64,000 bases of DNA, taken from a bacterium (lineage in GTDB: Bacteria > Patescibacteriota > Minisyncoccia > Phycocordibacterales > JAUSHB01). The notes below the pieces were generated by a model, which did not search any database, was not told the DNA's origin, and saw nothing but the letters and a program-made list of their open reading frames with translations. The position numbers were made by a program, and so were the translations under genes. The stretch spans positions 11,866 to 75,865 of the forward strand of contig JAUSHB010000006.1 of NCBI GenBank assembly GCA_030648955.1, written 5' to 3'. Shown in pieces: positions 42,002 to 49,752 of the stretch; the stretch's first letter is position 1; each line of letters begins with the position of its first letter.

Positions 42002-42709
42002 ATGAAAAAATTAGAATCCAACAATAGACAAGAAATTACCACATTGACCAAAAAAGGAAGCCGAGTAAATTGGGACAGTAAAACTCTAGGATTTACCCTT
42101 ATTGAACTTTTGGTTGTTATCGCCATCATTGGTATTCTCGCGTCTGTTGTTCTTGCATCGCTTAATAGTGCACGCGCAAAAGCGCGAGATAGTGAGCGAG
42201 TTCAAACAATGCGCGCATTTAAAACTGCATTGGAACTATATTACACTGATTTTGGTAAGTACCCCAATGATGGTTCAAATGCCCCACTCGAGGGGTTTTC
42301 ATACCACAAATACAACGCGGGCACTTGCGCTCTTGGTGATTGGTATGACCAATCAGTACCAGCCGACAGTGTTTGGATCGATAACAGTGTATCGGTTGGA
42401 TTTATTTCAGAATTATTTAATGGCGGTTACATAAGTAAATCAGCTTGGCATGATCCATCAAATCCAACAAGTAATAGCGATGCATTTAATTGTCGATATA
42501 TTTTTCTTGAAACTGAGGGAACTGCAGGTAATGTGCAAAAATATCTCCTCCACTGCAATCTTGAAAGCGGTACTACTCTGGAATCAAATGATGGCGGTTT
42601 TAACAATACGGTATATGAAATCATGATGCCTGAACCATGGATCTGTATCTGCGGGCAGGATGGCAAGGGAGGAGCCACAGTATCCCCAATGTCTGCGGGA
42701 TCGTGTTAG
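42002..42709 (+). CDS. Orphan type IV pilin-like protein
   Basis: LG|FTLIELLVVIAIIGILASVVLASLNSARAKARDSER; Cys-rich C-terminus. Confidence 0.88.
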   Translation: MKKLESNNRQEITTLTKKGSRVNWDSKTLGFTLIELLVVIAIIGILASVVLASLNSARAKARDSERVQTMRAFKTALELYYTDFGKYPNDGSNAPLEGFSYHKYNAGTCALGDWYDQSVPADSVWIDNSVSVGFISELFNGGYISKSAWHDPSNPTSNSDAFNCRYIFLETEGTAGNVQKYLLHCNLESGTTLESNDGGFNNTVYEIMMPEPWICICGQDGKGGATVSPMSAGSC

Positions 42710-42727
42710 GCAACTCGTACAACCATC

Positions 42728-42775
42728 TTTATTTTCAAAACCCGCCCCATTTCTGGGGCGGGTTTTGAAAATAAA
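42728..42775. terminator. Bidirectional terminator
   Basis: TTTATTTTCAAAACCCGCCCCA-TTTC-TGGGGCGGGTTTTGAAAATAAA. Confidence 0.85.
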
Positions 42776-42780
42776 ACACT

Positions 42781-43101
42781 TTAAATCTTGAGATCTTCTA
42801 TCACTCGATCGACATCACTTGAACTAGTGCGTGCTGCCATCATTTTGCCACCTTCGGGTTCACTAATTTTGAGGTTGACTCGGGCGTTATTCTTGATACC
42901 CACAACACGAAGCAATGTTCTGATTGCCTTTGCGGTATTACCGGATCGACCGATAATTTTTCCCATATCAACCTGATCGACATCGAGCGTGAGAAGAACT
43001 CCCATCTCATCGACTTCCCTCTTGACCTTCACTTTGTCAGGAACATCAACAAGGGCTTTGATAACATATTCCAAAAATTCAACATCTCTCTCTTTAGCCA
43101 T
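42781..43101 (-). CDS. khpA: KH-domain RNA-binding protein KhpA
   Basis: LEYVIKALVD.PDKV, DMGKIIGRSGNTAKAIRTLL; directly downstream of rpsP. Confidence 0.9.
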   Translation of the reverse strand: MAKERDVEFLEYVIKALVDVPDKVKVKREVDEMGVLLTLDVDQVDMGKIIGRSGNTAKAIRTLLRVVGIKNNARVNLKISEPEGGKMMAARTSSSDVDRVIEDLKI

Positions 43102-43191
43102 TGTATTCAATCTTTCAAACTCTATCTAATAAATTCTTTGCAGATTTTCGACCGTTCTATCATTATATTTCTTGCATATTGTATGTCAATA

Positions 43192-43213
43192 AAAAGGGGC
43201 ATGAGCCCCTTTT
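43192..43213 (-). terminator. Terminator after rpsP
   Basis: AAAAGGGGC-ATGA-GCCCCTTTT, followed by a U tract on the minus strand. Confidence 0.7.
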
Positions 43214-43214
43214 G

Positions 43215-43589
43215 TTAAGATTTTACTTCTACGTCTCTTTGTTTTTCTTCGATTACTACCGGAGTTGCTTGGGTCTCCCCTGCTACTTCGGGAGCCGCCG
43301 CTTCGTCTTTCTTGGGAGGGCTTTTGCGGGGGAGAACATTGATTTTCTTTCCACTCGTAATTTTTTCATTAATCAGGAGATTGTGGACTGTGGGAGACAC
43401 TTTGGCGCCGACAGAGACCCAATATTTTACTCGGTCTGCTTTAATTTCCGGCTTACCGAAGCGGGCATTGTATGAGCCGAGCACTTCGAGAAATTTGCCA
43501 CTTTTTGTTGAATTTTTTGAGTCAGTCAAAACAACCCGAAACGATGGGTCATTTTTCCTTCCTACTCTTTGCAGTCGTACCATTAACAT
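43215..43589 (-). CDS. rpsP: 30S ribosomal protein S16
   Basis: MVRLQRVGRKNDPSFRVV...GKFLEVLGSYN...YWVSVGAKVSPTV; ATG 43589 rather than 43715. Confidence 0.96.
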   Translation of the reverse strand: MLMVRLQRVGRKNDPSFRVVLTDSKNSTKSGKFLEVLGSYNARFGKPEIKADRVKYWVSVGAKVSPTVHNLLINEKITSGKKINVLPRKSPPKKDEAAAPEVAGETQATPVVIEEKQRDVEVKS

Positions 43590-43718
43590 AGTGAGCTCTA
43601 ATATAACAGAAGGTGCTTTAAAGTCAACTTTTTGTGAGCTTCTACTTCCAAAACTCCAGAAACTTCTGCAACAAAAAAATCTATTGAAGCTATTCAAGTT
43701 AGGGGATATAATCACAGA

Positions 43719-43991
43719 ATGATGGATCTAAAATTATTTCTCATAAATAACAATATCATTCAAGAAGGAATGTCTGTTGATTTTTGGGTACACCCCAAAT
43801 ACCTTTGGATGGGCTTGGGGGTCATGCTAGTTTTGTTTGCAACTATAAGTTTCGTGTTGGTGTATCATTGGACTACTTATGGATATAAACCACTCACAAC
43901 GAGTTTTATGGGAGCTATTTTTTTTTCAATTTCCCTCATCTTCTTCTCCATTATTCTTATTACTCTTCTTGGATATAGCACAACGACATGA
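43719..43991 (+). CDS. Small two-TM membrane protein
   Basis: Two hydrophobic helices with a YHW..YG motif; ATGA overlap with the next gene. Confidence 0.7.
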   Translation: MMDLKLFLINNNIIQEGMSVDFWVHPKYLWMGLGVMLVLFATISFVLVYHWTTYGYKPLTTSFMGAIFFSISLIFFSIILITLLGYSTTT

Positions 43992-44539
43992 TTACTCTCG
44001 ACAAAGACGAACACATTATTATTGAGGTACGAAAACATTGGTTCATATTTATGGCGCAATCACTACCGCTTGTGTTTCTTGTTTTTCTACCGTTCGTGAT
44101 TAATATATTGATACGTGGTGCAGGACTCTCGGATGTTGTGGTTTTAGGCAAGCATGCTCAATTGTTTATCACTATGGTCACAGCAACATGGATGTGGATT
44201 ATTTGGGTGGCATTTTTTGTTCTTTGGACTGATTATTATCTCGATATTCTTATGCTCACCAACAAGCGAATCATCGACATCGAACAGAAGGGATTATTCT
44301 CTCGGGGAATTTCTACATTTCGCCTTGATCGCATACAAGATATAACCGTGAACGTTAATGGAATTATACCGACATTTTTTAATTTTGGAGACATTCATAT
44401 TCAAACTGCCGGTGAAGTACCAGAGATTAGTGTTAAGAGTATCCCCAATCCGCACAACGTGCGTGAAATCGTTACGAAAGCACAAGATGAGGTGATTGAA
44501 AAATTGCGGGTGGTGAAAATAGACAGCGAAGAAAAATAA
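43988..44539 (+). CDS. Membrane protein with bacterial PH (bPH_2-like) domain
   Basis: RKHW, LTNKRIIDIEQKGLFSR, RIQDITV, FGDIHIQTAGE. Confidence 0.85.
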   Translation: MITLDKDEHIIIEVRKHWFIFMAQSLPLVFLVFLPFVINILIRGAGLSDVVVLGKHAQLFITMVTATWMWIIWVAFFVLWTDYYLDILMLTNKRIIDIEQKGLFSRGISTFRLDRIQDITVNVNGIIPTFFNFGDIHIQTAGEVPEISVKSIPNPHNVREIVTKAQDEVIEKLRVVKIDSEEK

Positions 44540-44541
44540 AA

Positions 44542-44568
44542 AACGGCGTGCACATCGTGCACGCCGTT
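44542..44568. terminator. Terminator between convergent genes
   Basis: AACGGCGTGCAC-ATC-GTGCACGCCGTT. Confidence 0.75.
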
Positions 44569-44582
44569 ACCAATATTGCGAA

Positions 44583-45167
44583 CTAGATTACTTCATCCAC
44601 GAGACCAAATTCAAGGGCTTCCTCTGACCGAAAATCTTTTTCTTTATTTAGTACGTGAATAATTTCAATGGGTTCACGTTTTGTTCGTTCAGAAAAGATT
44701 TTTATAATTTCTTTTTGTACTTCGAACCCTGGAGCAAGCGATTCTTTAATCTTTTCCCAATCTTCAATACCATACGGATTTTCTTTGTCAGGATCAAGCA
44801 TGAATAACTTGGTCGAATCTTTGGAAGCATTATGCACACCGATTATGGAGTTACGTGCAATTTTCCGAACATGACATGCTTGAAGGACGACAGCCGCTAT
44901 TGAATTAGCTACTCCCGATACCATGCCGATAACGGGAGCATCCGACAGTCTTATCTTATCGCAAAGATCAAGTCCTTGACGAGCACCTCCACCAGTACTG
45001 GTGATATGAAGTTCGATTGGGTCGTTCTTACTCATGGCATTTAAATACGTAAGAGAAGATAAGATCCATAATGTGGACTTGCTATCTACCTCACGCAAGT
45101 ACAGTTGCCGTTTTTCGAGAAGCTCTTTGTTGAATAACGTTTCAAGCTCTTCTTTTGTGTTTTCCAC
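44583..45167 (-). CDS. Divergent ClpP-family protease
   Basis: IELHITSTGG, ANSIAA (Ser), IGVH (His), KDFRSEEALEFGLVDEVI; GTG start with AGGAGG upstream. Confidence 0.82.
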   Translation of the reverse strand: MENTKEELETLFNKELLEKRQLYLREVDSKSTLWILSSLTYLNAMSKNDPIELHITSTGGGARQGLDLCDKIRLSDAPVIGMVSGVANSIAAVVLQACHVRKIARNSIIGVHNASKDSTKLFMLDPDKENPYGIEDWEKIKESLAPGFEVQKEIIKIFSERTKREPIEIIHVLNKEKDFRSEEALEFGLVDEVI

Positions 45168-45259
45168 AGACCCTCCTGTAAAGTTCAAATTTGTGCTACA
45201 ATTAGAGTGGCATAAATATTAAGTTATGTCAATGGATATTATTAAATAATTTTTACAAT

Positions 45260-45430
45260 ATGTTTGAAGGAATATTAGGAAAAAAAGAACCTGAGGGCGG
45301 ATTTAAAAATGAGAAACCCATGTACGTGGGTGAGAATGTTGTTGATCCAGCAACAGGTGAGGTGGTAAAACCAGAAGAACTCAAGAAAAGAAATGAGGGA
45401 CGAGCATCGTCCGGCAGAGAACAAGTGTAG
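45260..45430 (+). CDS. Small hypothetical protein, 56 aa (below ORF-track cutoff)
   Basis: MFEGILGKKEPEGGFKNEKPMYVGENVVDPATGEVVKPEELKKRNEGRASSGREQV; fills the gap, terminator follows. Confidence 0.55.
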   Translation: MFEGILGKKEPEGGFKNEKPMYVGENVVDPATGEVVKPEELKKRNEGRASSGREQV

Positions 45431-45444
45431 ACGATAAAAACCAC

Positions 45445-45480
45445 TTAAAAAAACATCCGCCTTGGCGGATGTTTTTTTAA
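45445..45480. terminator. Bidirectional terminator
   Basis: TTAAAAAAACATCCGCC-TT-GGCGGATGTTTTTTTAA. Confidence 0.8.
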
Positions 45481-45505
45481 TATACGTGCTCCCCCCTTCT
45501 TGTAT

Positions 45506-46033
45506 CTACTGCGTCGCACTTCCCTCGTATAAGAAAGAATCGTCAACTGTTGTATTTGTTGTTGTGGTAGAAATTGGCGCAATACTTTTTACGTCGGATT
45601 TTCCCGCCTGCTGTTGCGCGGACAGGTCAGTTATCTTTAGTGCCGCAAGAACTCCATCAAGTTTAAGAGAAACGCGAGCATCTTTGCTTGCCTTAAATGT
45701 TACCTCAAATGGGGTTTGGGTAATCACCTGCGCACAAAAACTTGAAGCGCCCTGTTCATTGAGATCAATAGTGACTTGTTCCGGATATGATTCCATGACG
45801 GTCACTTGCGATACTAATTCATGACACGGGGTGGGAACCGTTAGGATACCCCTGTAAACATGAATGCCATTTTCAAAATAATGATCTACGGGGATTATGC
45901 GAACAATGCCTGATGCTTCATTTTTTGTTGGTTCAATTGTTTTTTCTTGCGACACATAGAGCATTATTCCGCCCGCCGCAAAAACAACAAGAATTCCAAA
46001 TGCAATAATTTCTTTTTTAGTCAATGTAATCAT
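45506..46033 (-). CDS. Membrane-anchored extracytoplasmic protein
   Basis: N-terminal TM; PTPCHEL...MESYPEQV...CAQVIT with a Cys pair. Confidence 0.7.
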   Translation of the reverse strand: MITLTKKEIIAFGILVVFAAGGIMLYVSQEKTIEPTKNEASGIVRIIPVDHYFENGIHVYRGILTVPTPCHELVSQVTVMESYPEQVTIDLNEQGASSFCAQVITQTPFEVTFKASKDARVSLKLDGVLAALKITDLSAQQQAGKSDVKSIAPISTTTTNTTVDDSFLYEGSATQ

Positions 46034-46166
46034 ACAAAAAATCCCAGAAGTAATGTAGTTTGATGATATCATGCAGTGAAAGAAAAATCGAGCTTTCACA
46101 GATATTTAAAACACAGCCCTTTCGTTCAGTTGGAAAAGTTCCCTTAAATACGGTAGGATAGGGGCT

Positions 46167-48140
46167 ATGTATAAGGAAGCTCAAAATAACCCTCCCCATA
46201 AGGACGATAAATCCTCTGCACTTGAAGGAATCATTGGTATTACCCCTAAGGGAATTGGGTATGTAAAAATTCCCGACAGAGAAGAGGATATCGAGGTTGC
46301 TTCGCTGTTTCTCAATACCGCACTTCATCGAGATACGGTACGCGTCATTCTCCATCCGCAAACTCCCGGCGAGCGTGTTCAAGGCGAGGTGGTCGAGATA
46401 CTCACCAGAAATAAAATGGAATATGTTGGTGTTCTCGAACGCCATCAGGATTTTTATTTTCTTGTTCCACAAGATATGCGGATGTATGTCGACATCATTG
46501 TTCCCGCTTCAAAAGCGCTCGGTGCGGAACATGGGGAAAAAGTGCTTGTGGCGATTACGAGCTGGAATGATCCCAAAAAAAGCCCTGAAGGCGAAGTGAT
46601 CAAAGTTATCGGCAAACCCGGCGACAACAATGTCGAGATGGAGGCCATTGTGCTTGATACCGGTCTTCGTCCTGATTTTCCAGAAAAAGCATTAAGAGAA
46701 GCTGGAGCAATCAAAAAAAATGAGGAGACGGAGTTTAAACGCGACATTGAGTTACGACGCGATATGCGCAATGTTACCACCTTCACGATCGACCCCGTTG
46801 ACGCAAAAGACTTCGACGATGCATTGTCGTACCAGAAACTCCCTGATGGAACAATTGAGATCGGCATCCATATCGCTGATGTATCCCATTACTTGCGTCC
46901 CGACACTGACTTGGATATAGAAGCGGCGCGCAGGGGTAATTCGATTTATCTTGTCGACCGCACCATCCCCATGCTCCCTGAAGTTCTTTCAAACGACCTT
47001 TGCAGTCTCAATCCAAATGAAGACAAGCTCACCTTTGCCGCAATATTTACGTTTGGGAAAGACACGCTTGAGAAGGGCACTCCGCACATTACCAGCGAGT
47101 GGTTCGGGAAAACGATCATCAATTCAGATAAACGATTCAGTTATGAAGAGGCGCAAGGTGTACTTGATGACGGGAAGGGGATTTTTTATGACGAGCTTTT
47201 GATACTCAATAATCTCGCGAAAAAACTCCGCAAAAAACGCGAGGAGGATGGTGCGCTTTCATTCGAACACGAAGAAGTACGATTTGAACTTGATGCAACT
47301 GGCAAACCGCTTCGCGTATACAAAAAAATAATGCAGGATACCAATAAGCTCGTCGAAGAATTCATGCTTCTGGCGAATAAACAGGTAGCGCGTCGTGTTC
47401 ATGAACTCGGCAAGAAAGAAGAAAAACTTTTCGTCTATCGCGTCCACGACGAGCCGGATCAGGAAAAGATCAGTGACTTGATTGAATTCCTCAACAAGCT
47501 TGGCTATAACATTAAGATAAAAAATAAAAATGTGTCATCAAAAGATCTCAATGGGATTTTGAAAATGGCGGAAGGGCGTGCGGAAAAGGATATGATACAG
47601 ACTGCCGCGGTTCGCTCAATGGCAAAAGCGATCTACTCAACAAAAAATATCGGGCATTACGGCCTTGCATTTGAATACTACACGCACTTCACCTCCCCTA
47701 TTCGCCGTTATGCGGACGTGATGGTACATCGCTTACTTGAGAGCTATCTCGCGGGCAAGCATCCGTCGCAAGAAGAACTCCGCCGCTATCAGAGCCTTGC
47801 AAATTACACATCGCAGACAGAACAACTGGCGACGACCGCAGAACGTACATCAATCAAATACAAGCAGGTTGAATATATGACCGAGCGCGTTGGAAAAACA
47901 TTTGACGGCGTTATTTCAGGCATAACGCAATGGGGTCTTTATATCGAAGAAAAAGAAACGAAAGCGGAAGGAATGATCCGCCTGCGCGATATGACCGACG
48001 ACTTCTACGAATTTGATAAAAAACATTTCAGTATGGTGGGACAAAAAAAGAAAAAACGGTACCGCCTCGGCGATGCCGTGAAAGTAAAAGTGAAGCGCGC
48101 AAGTCTCGATGAGCGGCAGATTGATTATGTGTTTGTGTAG
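46167..48140 (+). CDS. rnr: Ribonuclease R
   Basis: FTIDPVDAKDFDDA, HIADVSHY, EEFMLLAN, YTHFTSPIRRYAD, C-terminal S1 domain. Confidence 0.96.
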   Translation: MYKEAQNNPPHKDDKSSALEGIIGITPKGIGYVKIPDREEDIEVASLFLNTALHRDTVRVILHPQTPGERVQGEVVEILTRNKMEYVGVLERHQDFYFLVPQDMRMYVDIIVPASKALGAEHGEKVLVAITSWNDPKKSPEGEVIKVIGKPGDNNVEMEAIVLDTGLRPDFPEKALREAGAIKKNEETEFKRDIELRRDMRNVTTFTIDPVDAKDFDDALSYQKLPDGTIEIGIHIADVSHYLRPDTDLDIEAARRGNSIYLVDRTIPMLPEVLSNDLCSLNPNEDKLTFAAIFTFGKDTLEKGTPHITSEWFGKTIINSDKRFSYEEAQGVLDDGKGIFYDELLILNNLAKKLRKKREEDGALSFEHEEVRFELDATGKPLRVYKKIMQDTNKLVEEFMLLANKQVARRVHELGKKEEKLFVYRVHDEPDQEKISDLIEFLNKLGYNIKIKNKNVSSKDLNGILKMAEGRAEKDMIQTAAVRSMAKAIYSTKNIGHYGLAFEYYTHFTSPIRRYADVMVHRLLESYLAGKHPSQEELRRYQSLANYTSQTEQLATTAERTSIKYKQVEYMTERVGKTFDGVISGITQWGLYIEEKETKAEGMIRLRDMTDDFYEFDKKHFSMVGQKKKKRYRLGDAVKVKVKRASLDERQIDYVFV

Positions 48141-48156
48141 GTAACTAACAACATTT

Positions 48157-48209
48157 ACCAAGGACTGTCCTTGGTGTTTCGGTCCTTGGTGTTTCGTCCT
48201 TGGTGTTTC
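48157..48209. repeat. REP-like palindrome whose right arm is tandemly triplicated
   Basis: ACCAAGGAC-T-GTCCTTGGT (48157-48175); GTCCTTGGTGTTTC at 48167, 48182 and 48196. Confidence 0.88.
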
Positions 48210-48212
48210 TGA

Positions 48213-48386
48213 GTGATCGAATCAGTTCTTGTTGGCGATATTGCTCGTCTTGATGTTAAAAAATTGAAGGGTGAAAAGAATGTGTTTCGTATTCGCATTG
48301 GCGATTTGCGTATTATTTTCACGTACAAAAAGAACTTGCCTCGTATTGTTTCCATTGAGCGCCGAAACGACACAACGTATCGTTAG
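48213..48386 (+). pseudogene. N-terminally truncated RelE/ParE-family toxin
   Basis: VIESVLVGDIARLDVKKLKGEKNVFRIRIGDLRIIF...IERRNDTTYR; in-frame TGA immediately upstream; only 57 aa; no antitoxin. Confidence 0.75.
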
Positions 48387-48411
48387 CGGTAAATTACTCC
48401 CATCAACCAAC

Positions 48412-48449
48412 TACCACAGATTTCAAGCTATAGCTTGAAATCTGTGGTA
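48412..48449. repeat. Perfect 38-bp palindrome
   Basis: TACCACAGATTTCAAGCTA|TAGCTTGAAATCTGTGGTA. Confidence 0.9.
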
Positions 48450-48539
48450 CCCATATCCCCTATTCTTATGACGCGCAAGCCTCGACGAACGGCAGATTGA
48501 TTATGTGTTTGTGTAAAATACCACTAACTACCTTCAGGT

Positions 48540-48567
48540 TTGACACTAAAATTGGGCGTGCTAGTCT
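48540..48567 (+). promoter_or_regulatory. Sigma70-type promoter for the orphan gene at 48603
   Basis: TTGACA-16 nt-TAGTCT with TGn extension; GGAGGA before the ATG. Confidence 0.55.
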
Positions 48568-48602
48568 GCTCATAGAAAACTGAACATGAATACGGAGGAC
48601 AT

Positions 48603-49049
48603 ATGCAACCCCATGCCTTGCAGTTCATTCCCCAAGAAGACCTACGTATATTTCATGAGATAGTAGGAATTGTTGGGCTACTTCCTGACATAATACTAGG
48701 TCACACTAAGACTGGTAGAGAGGTCCCTATATCTTGTCATGTGCTTACGCGAGCACTGGCATCCATTTTTGAAACACTGGAAGTTAAAGACGGTTTTATA
48801 GGATACGGGTCACACTACGAACATTCTTGGTTGCAAACAAGTAGCGGTTCAATTATTGATCCTTATCCTTTTGCTACAGTAGGGGGACCAATTATTCTCG
48901 CTGATGTTTTATTTTGGAGAAGTTTTTACGGCCCAGAAATATGCCTCATTGAACATCAACAGGAACCGTTCACCGCTTGGGTTGAAACAATAACTAATGT
49001 TGTTTATGAAATTTACTACAACCCTAAGGAAAATAAAACTGCTCACTAA
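48603..49049 (+). CDS. Hypothetical protein
   Basis: 148-aa ORF with promoter, SD and terminator; SCH...HSW...IIDPY spacing is reminiscent of a transglutaminase-like Cys-His-Asp triad (inference). Confidence 0.65.
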   Translation: MQPHALQFIPQEDLRIFHEIVGIVGLLPDIILGHTKTGREVPISCHVLTRALASIFETLEVKDGFIGYGSHYEHSWLQTSSGSIIDPYPFATVGGPIILADVLFWRSFYGPEICLIEHQQEPFTAWVETITNVVYEIYYNPKENKTAH

Positions 49050-49056
49050 TACATTT

Positions 49057-49082
49057 AAAAATCACTCGAAAGAGTGGTTTTT
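49057..49082. terminator. Bidirectional terminator abutting the stranded smc tail
   Basis: AAAAATCACTC-GAAA-GAGTGGTTTTT. Confidence 0.75.
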
Positions 49083-49193
49083 TTATTTTGCAATCGCGAC
49101 GGCTTCTTCGAATTTAACCGAGAGAAGTTTTGAGACGGCGCCAGTCCGCTTCTTCCCCTCAACCCTATATCCGTAAAGATTACTACGCACAAC

Positions 49194-49445
49194 CTACCTA
49201 TACATGTCCTTTCTATGCCCAACCTTGAGGATTTTGGCGGTATCATTTTCAACATCAAAGGTTACTCGGTAGTCTCCAATACGGAAACGATATTCTCCGA
49301 GCTCAAAATCGGTAAGATGCTCTGCAAAACCAAGTGGTGAAGGAGCTGACATGTAGAGCTCAAGTTTTTGCTTGATTTGCAATTGGGCTTTCCGAGGAAG
49401 TTTGGAAAATTCTTTAATGGAATTTCCCTTGAAATCGTATCTCAT
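49194..49445 (-). CDS. RelE/ParE-family toxin
   Basis: KEFSKLP...YRFRIGDYRV.F...ILKVGHRKDMYR. Confidence 0.9.
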   Translation of the reverse strand: MRYDFKGNSIKEFSKLPRKAQLQIKQKLELYMSAPSPLGFAEHLTDFELGEYRFRIGDYRVTFDVENDTAKILKVGHRKDMYR

Positions 49446-49448
49446 AAT

Positions 49449-49673
49449 CTATGCAAGTCCGAGTTTCTTATATAGATATGTTGAAGAGACTGCTTTTTTA
49501 GAAGCTCGCGCGCGAGCAATATCTTGTTTATATTTCTTGGAGGTGGACATTTGATAATATTCTTCAAGCATACTGACTCGCTCACGAATGGTCTCCCACG
49601 CCGAAACAGGCAATACCACAACGGGATTCTTGCCAAGTTTAAAAATTTGGGCTTTTTTCATGAATGCATTCAT
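49449..49673 (-). CDS. Putative antitoxin (Phd/YefM-like)
   Basis: 74 aa, ends 3 nt before the toxin start; PVVVLPVSAWETIRE...IARARA pattern. Confidence 0.7.
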   Translation of the reverse strand: MNAFMKKAQIFKLGKNPVVVLPVSAWETIRERVSMLEEYYQMSTSKKYKQDIARARASKKAVSSTYLYKKLGLA

Positions 49674-49718
49674 TTTTTTATGATACTCTTTTCCTCGAAT
49701 AATCGCAACATCTACCTA

Positions 49719-49746
49719 GTTTTACTAGGACAATATCCTAGAAAAC
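49719..49746. repeat. Imperfect palindrome between the smc stop and the antitoxin
   Basis: GTTTT(A)CTAGGA-CAATA-TCCTAGAAAAC. Confidence 0.65.
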
Positions 49747-49752
49747 AGTCAG

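Larger units (their letters stand above)
48096..48516 (+). repeat. 45-bp direct repeat of the rnr 3' end (48096-48140 and 48472-48516)
   Basis: Both copies encode RASLDERQIDYVFV-stop; 4 differences, all silent (AGT/AGC, GAT/GAC, GAG/GAA, TAG/TAA). Confidence 0.93.

Noticed and set aside
21300-42180. Pilin N-termini as cassettes for gene-conversion antigenic variation
   Set aside because: Identity is at protein level only; many synonymous differences argue against recent DNA exchange, and both genes are complete.
48167-48209. 14-bp repeats as a CRISPR array
   Set aside because: Units are contiguous with no spacers, too short, and no cas genes are present.
49055-49258. 67-aa minus-strand ORF running through the stranded smc tail
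   Set aside because: Overlaps the toxin out of frame and reads the smc tail in the wrong frame; a chance ORF.
48141-49752. Prophage or integrative element between rnr and smc
   Set aside because: No integrase, transposase or phage gene; the two repeat pairs are separate, each matching its own flanking gene.
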